The notes beneath the pieces were generated by a model. That model was not told where the DNA came from. It was given only the letters and a program-made list of their open reading frames with translations, and searched no databases. From Ignavibacteriales bacterium (GTDB taxonomy: Bacteria > Bacteroidota > Ignavibacteria > UBA10030), in NCBI GenBank assembly GCA_026390575.1, contig JAPLFR010000016.1, forward strand, positions 534,737 to 598,736: a stretch of 64,000 nt of DNA, read 5' to 3'. This document shows, one piece after another, positions 29,051-38,489 of this stretch (its first letter is position 1; the number at the start of each line of letters is the position of its first letter). The position numbers and the translations under genes are program-made.

Positions 29051-29818
29051 ATGAGAGAAGAACATTACGACATTTCCGGTATAAACTTTAACTTCTCAAT
29101 AATGAGGATTAATACCCTAAGCGTTCTTTGGATTTGTGCGTTAGTTGTGGCAATCAGAATGAATTATGAAGCGACATTCCTGACCTGGGAGCAGGGGCCA
29201 CAAATGATAGGATTTAGTTTTGTTCATTCCTATGGGGCATTATTGATATTAGCGTCGCTCATTCTAATCATAATAACTTTTATCCAGATGGTTAGAATAA
29301 TAATCAAGTTATTCAAGAAATCGAAGATTGAACGTCAATACTTTATTTGTTTCATAATTTCGATCTTCTTTATTTGCTTAAACTTTATTCCTTATAGTGT
29401 TGCACAGACATTTATGATTCATTCCCAAGGATTACCAAAAGATACTCTACGATTCTTTACAAACGCAGCACATGATGGCGATCTAGGAATAATGAAATTG
29501 ATGATAAAGAAAAGGTATCAGCCAGACAGCACCGTCTTTTCGACTTGTTTGTTTAATGCTTGTTTCAGTGGACATAGAGATGTTATAGAGTATTCCTTGG
29601 AACATGGTGCCAACATCAATTATCAAACCGATGATTTTAAGACGACACCATTAATGATTGCTGCCGAGAAAGACGAATCAGAAACAATTGAATTTTTATT
29701 GGCGCATGGGGCTAATCCTAGGTTAAGAGACGAATTTGAAGAAGAAAGAACAGCGTTGGATTGGGCTGTATATTATAAAAATAAAAAAAGTATTTCAATA
29801 TTGAGCAAGTATAAATAG
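29051..29818 (+). CDS. Membrane-anchored ankyrin-repeat protein
   Basis: 255 aa. N-terminal TM segments. C-terminal ANK repeats (TPLMIAAEKDESETIEFLLAHGANP...). Very AT-rich codon usage. Confidence 0.65.
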   Translation: MREEHYDISGINFNFSIMRINTLSVLWICALVVAIRMNYEATFLTWEQGPQMIGFSFVHSYGALLILASLILIIITFIQMVRIIIKLFKKSKIERQYFICFIISIFFICLNFIPYSVAQTFMIHSQGLPKDTLRFFTNAAHDGDLGIMKLMIKKRYQPDSTVFSTCLFNACFSGHRDVIEYSLEHGANINYQTDDFKTTPLMIAAEKDESETIEFLLAHGANPRLRDEFEEERTALDWAVYYKNKKSISILSKYK

Positions 29819-29883
29819 TGTTTCTCTACACCATCATCCTCTTCACGAGAGTTGTTATGATCAAACATATAAAAGGATAACTC

Positions 29884-30384
29884 ATGACTATTACCAGAGT
29901 ATTTTTTACCGGTGTCATTATTTTGTGTTTCATTACAATTCGAAATGATGCAAGACAATCACGACCCGAAATACTCACCATCGATCCAATAAAACCCTCT
30001 AATCTTGTTTTAACTGGAGATTCCGCCTTCTTTAGCAGGGATGCAAAAAAAGTTAAAAAACACAGAAAGATGAAAGATACATCAGATGCTCCGCCCTATG
30101 AAGGAATTCCTCTTTCACAGCAACCGACATTCTTGAAAATGATTATTCCTAAATGTCCCAAGGAAGCAATCATTAAATCAATGACTGGTACAACCAAAGT
30201 AAAAGTTTGGGTTGATGAGCATGGTAATCCAAGGCTTGCAGTAATAATGGAATCATCAGACAAGATTTTCAATGAGTGTTCATTGATATCGGCAATGCAG
30301 TGGACATTTAAACCAGCAATGAACGACAATAAACCAACTTCATCATGGATGTATATTCCATTTCGTTTTCGGAACTGTAAATAA
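29884..30384 (+). CDS. TonB C-terminal domain protein (N-terminal TM anchor)
   Basis: 166 aa. KCPKEAIIKSMTGTTKVKVWVDEHGNP...AMQWTFKPA matches the TonB_C fold signature. Confidence 0.55.
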   Translation: MTITRVFFTGVIILCFITIRNDARQSRPEILTIDPIKPSNLVLTGDSAFFSRDAKKVKKHRKMKDTSDAPPYEGIPLSQQPTFLKMIIPKCPKEAIIKSMTGTTKVKVWVDEHGNPRLAVIMESSDKIFNECSLISAMQWTFKPAMNDNKPTSSWMYIPFRFRNCK

Positions 30385-30415
30385 TTCATTGGCGTCTAGC
30401 CTGCGGCTCCCCGCA

Positions 30416-30446
30416 ATCCCGATAGAAAGCGGCAGGAGTTATCATA
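30416..30446 (+). promoter_or_regulatory. Island motif copy 2, 25 bp upstream of 30471 start
   Basis: caATCCCGatagAAAGCGGCAGGAGTTatcata. Confidence 0.45.
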
Positions 30447-30470
30447 AGTTAGGTTCATAAGAGGAAAAAA

Positions 30471-31163
30471 ATGGAAAGTGATTATGCCGAATGCCGGATC
30501 TGCAAGTACCAGTTCCACAAACCTGACGTTGATGATACTGGCATAAGAATTAAGTGCCCATCTTGCGGAGGACTTGCAAGGAACTATTATGTCTCGCTTA
30601 GTGGTACGGTATATGCGGTTGGTTCGGTAGAAGCTACTCTTACAGTCGCAAGTGAACCTAACCCGGAGATCGAAGCTGTTTTTAAGCTAGATGACAAGTT
30701 CGCCGGAAAAAGTATAATTGAATATTCAAACATTGTCGACGAGAAGCTAATAGATTACTTTAGTGCGCACCCACAAGAACTAAAGACAATGAATCGCAGA
30801 GGTTTTGAAGATCTAGTTGCAGAACTATTCCACGGATTTGGCTACGATGTCGAGCTAACTAAGCAGACTCGTGATGGTGGCAGAGATATCATAGTTGTCA
30901 GAAATTCTGAGGTTAAGGTAAAGTACTTAATCGAATGCAAGAGACCTGACCCCGGGAAAAAAGTTGGTGTGCAGCCAGTTAGAGAACTTTTTGGTGTAAA
31001 AAATGACGAGTTGGCTACAAAAGCAATTCTCGCCACAACAGCATACTTCTCAAGGGATGCAAAATTATTTTATGAAAAGCATGAATGGGAACTCGAATTA
31101 AGAGATTACAATGACTTGATTGAATGGATAAGAATATATCTAAATATGAAAGGCAGAGGATAA
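30471..31163 (+). CDS. Zinc-ribbon + Mrr_cat (PD-(D/E)xK restriction-endonuclease-like) domain protein
   Basis: 230 aa. N-terminal CxxC...CxxC (CRICKY...CPSCGG). C-terminal FEDLVAELFHGFGYDVELTKQTRDGGRDIIVV...YLIECKR...TTAYFSRDAKLF matches the Mrr N-terminal catalytic domain pattern (D...ExK). Confidence 0.65.
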   Translation: MESDYAECRICKYQFHKPDVDDTGIRIKCPSCGGLARNYYVSLSGTVYAVGSVEATLTVASEPNPEIEAVFKLDDKFAGKSIIEYSNIVDEKLIDYFSAHPQELKTMNRRGFEDLVAELFHGFGYDVELTKQTRDGGRDIIVVRNSEVKVKYLIECKRPDPGKKVGVQPVRELFGVKNDELATKAILATTAYFSRDAKLFYEKHEWELELRDYNDLIEWIRIYLNMKGRG

Positions 31164-31226
31164 GCCTAGCCGCCATCCATTAAGTAGTGTATAATCGGAG
31201 AATAAACAAAGGAGCGTCTCATAAAG

Positions 31227-31715
31227 GTGAAATCAATATTTTTTATTTTAATTCCGATTTTTATTTCTTGTTCCCACTCAACCACTCCGCCTGAAATGAG
31301 AGACTTTAATTTTAAGTTCAGTTATGGGGTTAACGAACGGAATATTATCAACACATTTCAAAATACCTATACAAAGGATTTAATTTCCGATGGAGATACT
31401 ACGGTTCCATTTACACTATCCGCCAATGACTTGAAGCAAATTTTGGATAAAATGAATGAAATCGGTTTTTTTGAATATCCTGATACTTTTATTGTACCTA
31501 CAGAGGGCCCCGTTACAATAGTGAGACCTTTTTCGATATACAGATTTGATGTATGCGCTAAGGTGTCGAAAAAACACCTTTACTGGAAAGATGAAATAAA
31601 GAATGAAAATGCTCAGGCGACAAAACTGCGAGAACTTAATGCACTCATCATAGGAATTATACAATCGAAACCGGAATATTCACAGCTGCCTCTCGCAAGC
31701 GGTGGTTACTTATAA
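31227..31715 (+). CDS. Lipoprotein, unknown function
   Basis: GTG start. Lipobox LIPIFISCS. 162 aa. Confidence 0.45.
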   Translation: MKSIFFILIPIFISCSHSTTPPEMRDFNFKFSYGVNERNIINTFQNTYTKDLISDGDTTVPFTLSANDLKQILDKMNEIGFFEYPDTFIVPTEGPVTIVRPFSIYRFDVCAKVSKKHLYWKDEIKNENAQATKLRELNALIIGIIQSKPEYSQLPLASGGYL

Positions 31716-31732
31716 ACAATATGTGGCCCACA

Positions 31733-31763
31733 ATCCCACCGGAAAACAGTGGGAGTTGCACCC
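31733..31763 (+). promoter_or_regulatory. Island motif copy 3, 46 bp upstream of 31809 start
   Basis: caATCCCAccggAAAACAGTGGGAGTTgcaccc. Perfect TCCCA/TGGGA dyad. Confidence 0.5.
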
Positions 31764-31808
31764 TGCGAGACGGCGAAGGCATACACGTAACAATAAAATG
31801 ATATTATC

Positions 31809-32366
31809 ATGACTTCTCCAATGCACTTCACACGTACACATCTTGAACAAGCCTTAACAGCGGAACAATTGCGAGGAATTCTCATCATTAGAATTGCTCT
31901 GATGCTTGGAATCTCGTTCTATTACTTCGTCGTTTTTCTCTTGTACTCCATGTTCAATCCTGAAGGCTTTAGCAAACAAGATGTGTCGTTGATGCATGTG
32001 CTTTCCACAGCACATGCTGTGTTTACGCTGGCAGCTGCTACAACAGCGTTCTATCTCTCAAGCCTTCAACTGCGTCCCGAACGTCTCACCGGGCAGTCAG
32101 ACATTCAAACACCGGAAGATGCGGCTTTGTATGCCGTGGGATTATACCGGACAAGTTCAATAATACTCATGGCGCCAATTGAAGGAGCATCCTTCTTCGG
32201 AGCCGTGATTTGTATGATAGGTGTTCAGAACGGGACAATCGAATTTTATCCGATGTATTGGCTGAATGCTGCATCTGCTGTTTTATTAGTCTTGGTAGGA
32301 ATCATGACATTCCCGACACGCAAGAGGGTTCTCGAAACGTTGGAGTCTGCATTCGTGCAACGGTGA
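31809..32366 (+). CDS. Membrane protein, unknown function
   Basis: 185 aa with 4-5 hydrophobic segments. Confidence 0.45.
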   Translation: MTSPMHFTRTHLEQALTAEQLRGILIIRIALMLGISFYYFVVFLLYSMFNPEGFSKQDVSLMHVLSTAHAVFTLAAATTAFYLSSLQLRPERLTGQSDIQTPEDAALYAVGLYRTSSIILMAPIEGASFFGAVICMIGVQNGTIEFYPMYWLNAASAVLLVLVGIMTFPTRKRVLETLESAFVQR

Positions 32367-32404
32367 TTCTTATGAGGCTGCGGGCTAGATAGCAATTCTC
32401 CGCT

Positions 32405-32435
32405 ATCCTGTTTTTAAACAGCGGTACTGTGAGCG
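32405..32435 (+). promoter_or_regulatory. Island motif copy 4 (weaker), upstream of isochorismatase-family gene
   Basis: ctATCCTGttttTAAACAGCGGTACTGtgagcg. Confidence 0.3.
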
Positions 32436-32465
32436 GCATTTTAACTATTGGTCAATTGGAGAAAA

Positions 32466-33002
32466 ATGAAAGTATTATTAATCATAGATATGCAGGTGGG
32501 ATCTTTTAAGCCTGAAACGCCGCGCTATGATGCCGATGGTGTTGTGGAAAGAATAAATTCATTATCAGATTATTTCCGGCATAATGGAGACAAAGTAATT
32601 TTTATCCAACACGATGGAACGAAGGAAAATTCATATATTCCCGGTACATCTGATTGGAATATTTTACCAACGCTCATTCAGCGTCCGGATGATATTATCC
32701 TGGGTAAAACGGCTAACGATTCATTCTATAATACAGATTTAGAAACCATATTGAAAAAAAATGATATAACTGATTTATTTATTACTGGCTGTGCGACAGA
32801 TTTTTGTGTCAACGCGACTGTGCATTCTGCTTTAATCAAGGATTATAATATTTTCGTGGTCAAAGATTGTCATACAACAGCAAATCGTTCTTATTTGAGC
32901 GCTGAAAAAGTGATTCAATATCATAATTGGCTCTGGGAGAATATGACTCCCACGAATGGACAAATAAAATTAGTTTTATCAAAGGATTTAATAAAAGTTT
33001 AA
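32466..33002 (+). CDS. Isochorismatase-family cysteine hydrolase
   Basis: Start taken at MKVLLIIDMQ. Catalytic Cys region ITGCATDFCVNATV. Confidence 0.7.
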   Translation: MKVLLIIDMQVGSFKPETPRYDADGVVERINSLSDYFRHNGDKVIFIQHDGTKENSYIPGTSDWNILPTLIQRPDDIILGKTANDSFYNTDLETILKKNDITDLFITGCATDFCVNATVHSALIKDYNIFVVKDCHTTANRSYLSAEKVIQYHNWLWENMTPTNGQIKLVLSKDLIKV

Positions 33003-33041
33003 AATCCCATTCCACCCGATGTTTTTGCAGAAGGAAGATAA

Positions 33042-33476
33042 ATGGCAAAAAGACTTCCGATAACAGATGTTCCTTGTAATGGCTGTACCCTGTGTTGCCA
33101 GGGCGACGCCGTGAGGCTTGAGAAAGATGACACTGCGATGCAGTATGAAACCGAACCTCATCCATTCATACCGGGCGCATTCATGCTTGCTCACAAATCA
33201 AATGGTGAATGTATATACTTGGACAAAAATGGCTGCAGAATCCATGAGCACGCACCCTCTTTGTGCCGGCTCGCCGATTGCCGCAGTCTCGCTCTACGGA
33301 TAGACTATGAAACAGCAAGGCGGCTTCATTTTATGAACAGATTGGATATTCGAGTATGGGATCAAGGACATAAACTTCTCGAAAAAATGGTTGTACAAAA
33401 CAATAATGATCATTCATGTGCGGCTATTGCCGATATGAGAAAACGCCTAAGCAGGCACTCTCCACTATCCCGTTAA
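33042..33476 (+). CDS. YkgJ-family cysteine-cluster protein (CxxCxxCC, UPF0153)
   Basis: CNGCTLCCQGD N-terminal motif. Additional Cys at ECIYLDKNGCRIHEH...CRLADC. Confidence 0.6.
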   Translation: MAKRLPITDVPCNGCTLCCQGDAVRLEKDDTAMQYETEPHPFIPGAFMLAHKSNGECIYLDKNGCRIHEHAPSLCRLADCRSLALRIDYETARRLHFMNRLDIRVWDQGHKLLEKMVVQNNNDHSCAAIADMRKRLSRHSPLSR

Positions 33477-33525
33477 AAACATCGGGACACATAAAACGCG
33501 GAGAGCAGTGGGAATTGCAACTCCC
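33467..33525 (+). promoter_or_regulatory. Island motif copy 5 (extended/duplicated form), 71 bp upstream of 33596 start
   Basis: ctATCCCGttaaAAACATCGGGACAC...aaaacgcggagagCAGTGGGAATTGCAACTCCC. Confidence 0.45.
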
Positions 33526-33595
33526 GTCGGTCAAGCGGCTTTTATAAAAGTTCAGTAGAATCTTCAAGAACTATAAGGGGAAATAAGGTAAGAAT

Positions 33596-34084
33596 ATGGA
33601 AACAATTATTAATTCAAAGAATGAAATGTTCCGTCATAGTATCGCAACCTTAGCGTATCGTGCGGCAAAAACGCTCCGTAATGCCCCTGAAAATTTTGCC
33701 ACATTTCGGATCGATGCTAAATCCAGAACATCTGTTGAAATTCTAACGCACATGGGCGACCTCATAGTTTGGGCGCTTTCGATGGCAAAGGGAAAAGGCA
33801 TCTGGCATGAATCAACTCCACAGGATTGGGAGAGTGAAGCTGCTCGTTTCTTTGACTCTATAAGACAATTTGATACATACCTGGCAAGCGGTTCTACGAT
33901 TGCATGCCCATTGGAAAAGTTATTTCAAGGACCAATCGCTGACGCGCTGACGCACGTTGGCCAGCTTGCTATGCTGCGGCGTCTGGCAGGAGCTCCAATC
34001 ATAGGCGAGAACTATTTCGTAGCAGATATCATAGTTGGACGTGTCGGCCCTGAGCAATCTCAACCTCGAAAGACGTTTGGTTAA
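33596..34084 (+). CDS. DinB/YfiT-like (DinB_2) family protein
   Basis: 162 aa. The HMGDLIVWAL...H...H pattern is typical of the DinB four-helix bundle metal site. Confidence 0.5.
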   Translation: METIINSKNEMFRHSIATLAYRAAKTLRNAPENFATFRIDAKSRTSVEILTHMGDLIVWALSMAKGKGIWHESTPQDWESEAARFFDSIRQFDTYLASGSTIACPLEKLFQGPIADALTHVGQLAMLRRLAGAPIIGENYFVADIIVGRVGPEQSQPRKTFG

Positions 34085-34148
34085 AGTATTACAGAACTCC
34101 AGACTGTAAGGCGGTCATGAGTCAACCCTTCCAGAAAGAGAGGAATAA

Positions 34149-34511
34149 ATGAATGAATTATTTTCGTACTGTGGCCTCGTTTGCAGCACCTGCCCTATTT
34201 ACTTGGCAACGAGAGAAGTCAACAAAGAAGAGCAGATAAAAAAGAGAACCGAGATCGCCAGAATTTGTAAAGAACACTATAGAATGAATTACGAGCTGTC
34301 AGACATCACTGATTGCGACGGCTGCCACACGGAAGGCGGAAGATTGTTTTCAGGATGTACGACGTGCACTATAAGAGAATGCGCAAAACAAAAGGCAATA
34401 GAAAACTGCGCGTATTGTTCAGAATATATCTGCCAGAAACTTGAATTATTTTTCGTCCAGGATCCATCTGCAAAGATACGTTTGGACGAGATAAGAAATA
34501 GAATTTCTTAA
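34149..34511 (+). CDS. Cysteine-rich DUF3795-like protein
   Basis: 120 aa. CGLVCSTCPIY, CDGCH, CTTCTIRECA, CAYCSEYICQ motifs. Confidence 0.5.
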   Translation: MNELFSYCGLVCSTCPIYLATREVNKEEQIKKRTEIARICKEHYRMNYELSDITDCDGCHTEGGRLFSGCTTCTIRECAKQKAIENCAYCSEYICQKLELFFVQDPSAKIRLDEIRNRIS

Positions 34512-34790
34512 AATAGGCATCAAATGAACAGCCAGTTTTTCAAGTTCGGCTTATCCACTCACATGCATCGGGCAAAACACAATTTCTCAATGTTCAAATT
34601 ATGAATCAGTGTATAGATGAAAATATTGATTTATGAAGCGCAATATTTGTAAATTCATCATGTCATTTCTGATATTCATCTTAGAGTGAAATAAGAAGAA
34701 AGAAAAAGATATGGTGATTGTCGCACCGGGAAAATATTTAAAAGAATACTGTTTCCATTATTTCAAGCGTTGCTATCTATGTCATGAAAG

Positions 34791-36587
34791 ATGGTTGATA
34801 GAATGACGGCAGATATAATTATATCAATGATTGCAGCGGTTGGATTTATCCTGGCGTCGCTCTATGTTATCATCGCACGCAGGGTGAGACCATCGTGGAA
34901 AGCCGGTGTTTTAATTTTACTCTCGTGCGCCGATGTCACTCTGGCACATGCTTTACAAGGTATCAATTTTGATTTTGCAACAAAAGTATTCTGGTACAAG
35001 ATGTGCATTTTGGGTTTTACCATTACTCCTACGGCATTCTTCTGTCTTACTCTGCGTTACGGCGGATGGGGGAACATACTCACAACCCGTACGCTTGTTA
35101 TGCTTAGTGTTTTCCCTGCCTTGAGCGCAGGGCTTATTCTCACGAACGAAATACATGGCTTAGTCTGGAATCCTGCGAGTATAGCACGTATCGTAAACAT
35201 AACAACCTTTGTTTCTATTACCGACGCGCGTATCTGGTATTGGTTATTTGTTGCTTACTCGTATTTACTCATGGGCGTCGGCTGCTTTTTTCTTATCCGA
35301 TTATTGATATTGTCGCATGGAATCTATGGATGGCAAGCCGGTGCAGTAGTATTTGCTGCAATACTTGCATTGCTTGGTGTTCTGTTGGATTTTCTCGTTA
35401 TGAGCCCTCTCCCGCCATTCGCAGCAACTGCATTGGGAATGGCTGCAGGATCTATTACAGTAGCTTTTCTTTTACCCTCTCTCCGGCGTCGCGATCTGAT
35501 ATATATTTCTCGCAGAGCAATCATTGACAGTATTAGTGATAGTATCATGGTCGTGGATGGAGAAAATCGTATTGTGGAAATGAATCCTTCAGCAGAAAAG
35601 TTGATAAGCGAACTTGCCTCGCAAGCAATCGGCAAACATATAGATCAATTTTTGCCGGAATTGAGTTCACATTGGATTCATAATGCCAATATCAGCAGTG
35701 AGGTGACACTGAAGCGTGGAGAGACGACATATATCTTTGACCTGCACGTTTCGATCATTCATGATTGGCAAGGGCACATCGCAGGTCGATCGATTGACCT
35801 GCATGATATTTCAGACCGGAAACGTGCAGAAGAACAAGTCCGTACATTGAATGAAGAGTTGGAATTCCGTGTCATCGAACGCACAAAACAGTTGGAAGCA
35901 GCAAACAAGGAACTTGAAGCTTTTGCATATTCGGTTGCGCACGATTTGCGCGCACCACTAAGAGCAATCGATGGCTTTGCGCATATTCTGCTGGAAGATT
36001 ATGAAAATTTACTGGGCAAGGAAGGGAAACGTTTGTGTACTATTATTTACGGCGAGTCACAGCAAATGGGCAGATTGATCGACGATCTTCTTGCTTTCTC
36101 TCATATCAGCCATACTGAAATACAAATGACCTTGATCGATATGGAGGATCTTGTAAAATCCATTTTCTACAAATTATCAACCCCGAAAAGTCGAGAACGT
36201 ATTGATTTCCAGGTAGGTCCTTTACCGAAAACAATGAGCGACATAACGCTCATCAGCGAGGTGTGGCTCAACCTCATCTCCAACGCTATAAAATTTTCCT
36301 CTAAGCGGGAGCGTGCGATCATTGAAGTGAGTTATCTCCAAGAAGGAGATAACATCATATACTTGGTTCGGGATAATGGAGCCGGATTTGATATGCGATA
36401 TGCAGGCAAGCTCTTTACCATTTTCTGGCGCATGCACAGTGATAAAGAATTTGAAGGCACCGGCATTGGTTTGGCTATTGTTCAGCGTCTCATTCGTCGG
36501 CATGGCGGAGAAGTATGGGCCGAGAGTGAAGTGGATAAAGGCGCAACTTTTTATTTTACTCTTCCACAGAAAAGAAGTCGATCGTGA
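34791..36587 (+). CDS. Sensor histidine kinase (polytopic N-terminal membrane domain, PAS, HisKA, HATPase_c)
   Basis: 598 aa. 6-7 TM N-terminus. H-box FAYSVAHDLRAPLR. N/G boxes (NAIKFS...DNGAGFD...GTGIGLAIV). Confidence 0.8.
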   Translation: MVDRMTADIIISMIAAVGFILASLYVIIARRVRPSWKAGVLILLSCADVTLAHALQGINFDFATKVFWYKMCILGFTITPTAFFCLTLRYGGWGNILTTRTLVMLSVFPALSAGLILTNEIHGLVWNPASIARIVNITTFVSITDARIWYWLFVAYSYLLMGVGCFFLIRLLILSHGIYGWQAGAVVFAAILALLGVLLDFLVMSPLPPFAATALGMAAGSITVAFLLPSLRRRDLIYISRRAIIDSISDSIMVVDGENRIVEMNPSAEKLISELASQAIGKHIDQFLPELSSHWIHNANISSEVTLKRGETTYIFDLHVSIIHDWQGHIAGRSIDLHDISDRKRAEEQVRTLNEELEFRVIERTKQLEAANKELEAFAYSVAHDLRAPLRAIDGFAHILLEDYENLLGKEGKRLCTIIYGESQQMGRLIDDLLAFSHISHTEIQMTLIDMEDLVKSIFYKLSTPKSRERIDFQVGPLPKTMSDITLISEVWLNLISNAIKFSSKRERAIIEVSYLQEGDNIIYLVRDNGAGFDMRYAGKLFTIFWRMHSDKEFEGTGIGLAIVQRLIRRHGGEVWAESEVDKGATFYFTLPQKRSRS

Positions 36588-36773
36588 ACTGGCACACCAT
36601 GAATAATTATCGAGGTAAGAAAGAGAATTCCTTAACATAGTTTTTACATGAACGAATGATGCTATGCAACACTCCCGCCTAGCATAGTACCGTATTGCAG
36701 GTCCATGTGCGATGGTATTCTCATTGTAAATCCTCCTTTAGCTCTTCCTGAAAATTAGGTATATTGTATATCC

Positions 36774-37382
36774 ATGCTGCTTCTCACAGTGATAGAAATA
36801 TTGGGAATCTTTGTTGCGGCGCTTTCCGGCATTCTGGAAGCAAAGCGCAACGATATGGATTTGATCGGCATTTACACGGTAGCATTTATCACAGCCCTCG
36901 GCGGCGGAACTATCCGCGACGTTTTGTTGAACCGTTATCCAATTTTTTGGGTCATTCATCCAGAATATGCTGCAGGAATTTTTATCCTTTCGGTTATCAC
37001 AGCACTTATTCTTCGGTACAAGCAAATTACTATTCGCCCGTATGCGATTATCATTCCAGATGCACTTGCACTCGGTTTGTACAGCGCGATTGGCGCTGCG
37101 TATGCTCTAGAATTGAATGTTTCTTGGTTCATTGCTGTGCTTATGGGAACCATTACGGCGACCTTTGGAGGAGTGATGCGCGATATCCTTTGCAATAAAG
37201 TTCCGGATATATTTAAACATGGCGGACATTTATATGCAACATGTGCACTGAGTGCGGCAGTGATGTATATCATCGTGAAGTCGCTCACAAACGATCATGC
37301 ATCCGCAGCGACTGCGAGTTTGATGACAGCAACAGCTCTCCGGCTGCTATCTGTGAAGTTTGATATTACATTGCCAATTTAG
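36774..37382 (+). CDS. UPF0126 (YadS/TRIC-like, duplicated Gly_transporter domain) membrane protein
   Basis: 202 aa with two repeats each containing ALGGGTIRDVL / TFGGVMRDIL. Confidence 0.6.
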   Translation: MLLLTVIEILGIFVAALSGILEAKRNDMDLIGIYTVAFITALGGGTIRDVLLNRYPIFWVIHPEYAAGIFILSVITALILRYKQITIRPYAIIIPDALALGLYSAIGAAYALELNVSWFIAVLMGTITATFGGVMRDILCNKVPDIFKHGGHLYATCALSAAVMYIIVKSLTNDHASAATASLMTATALRLLSVKFDITLPI

Positions 37383-37463
37383 AAAGATAAACTCCCAAAT
37401 CTGTAATTCATGGTAAATGGAACTGCAATTCTCTAACGTGTGTTGTTGATACGAGAAGAAAAT

Positions 37464-38402
37464 ATGCCAAGAGAACGAAAATATACCTTTGGTCCTGTTC
37501 CGTCGAGGCGATTAGGTTTATCACTGGGTGTAGATATTATCCCGAATAAACTCTGCTCACTTGATTGTGTGTACTGCGAAGTCGGCATCACCGACAAACG
37601 CGGCCTTGCAAGGAAAGAATATTTGCCAGCAAATGAAATTCTTGCCGAGGTGAAAGACGTGATCGCAGAATATCCGGATCTCGACCATATTACCATCTCC
37701 GGCTCCGGCGAACCGACATTGAACTCAAAAATTGGCGACATCATCCGCGGCATCAAGCACATGACGAGTGTTCCAGTTGCTGTGCTCACAAACGGGACGC
37801 TTTTGGATAATCCAGAAGTACGGCGCGACTTGATGGATGCAGATATTGTTTCGCCATCGCTGGATGCGGTCTCGGCAGATGTATTTGAAAAAGTCGACCG
37901 GCCCAATCCGAAACTCCGTATAAGCACTATTATCGACGGCATCAAAGCGTTTCGGCGGGAATACCAGGGCAGAATGTGGATCGAAATTCTTTTTGTCAAA
38001 GGAATGAACGACCACGATGAGGAAGTATTCAAGATGAAACAGGTGCTGGATGAAATCCTACCGGAAAAAATTCATCTCAATACCGTCATCCGCCCGCCGG
38101 CATACGCAATTGCACAGCCGGTTGATGAAGACCGCTTGAAGGAGATTCAAAAGATATTGGGTGAACGGAGTGAAATAGTCGGTATCTTCAAAGAAACACA
38201 TAAGACACAAAAGCACAGTATTGACGGACAAGCGATTCTTGCGCTCCTCAAGCGCCGTGCAATGACTGTTGATCAGATGACGGAATCATTGGCTATGCAG
38301 CAAGAAGAAATTATTGCAACTTTGAAACAGTTGGATCAAGGAAAATGTCTTAAGTCGTATGTGTTCAACGGAGAAGAATATTACCAGGCACTACAGAAGT
38401 AA
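37464..38402 (+). CDS. Radical SAM protein (COG0731-like Fe-S oxidoreductase)
   Basis: Start at ATG MPRERKYTFGPVPSRRLGLSLGVDIIPNKLCSLDCVYCE (CX3CX2C). The ORF track begins 24 nt earlier at GTG. Confidence 0.65.
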   Translation: MPRERKYTFGPVPSRRLGLSLGVDIIPNKLCSLDCVYCEVGITDKRGLARKEYLPANEILAEVKDVIAEYPDLDHITISGSGEPTLNSKIGDIIRGIKHMTSVPVAVLTNGTLLDNPEVRRDLMDADIVSPSLDAVSADVFEKVDRPNPKLRISTIIDGIKAFRREYQGRMWIEILFVKGMNDHDEEVFKMKQVLDEILPEKIHLNTVIRPPAYAIAQPVDEDRLKEIQKILGERSEIVGIFKETHKTQKHSIDGQAILALLKRRAMTVDQMTESLAMQQEEIIATLKQLDQGKCLKSYVFNGEEYYQALQK

Positions 38403-38489
38403 TTTGTGCTATTTTACTCTAACAAAAAACGAGATCGCACCAGGATAAACCACTACCTTGCTCCTCATCTCATCCAGAGGAAAAAATCT

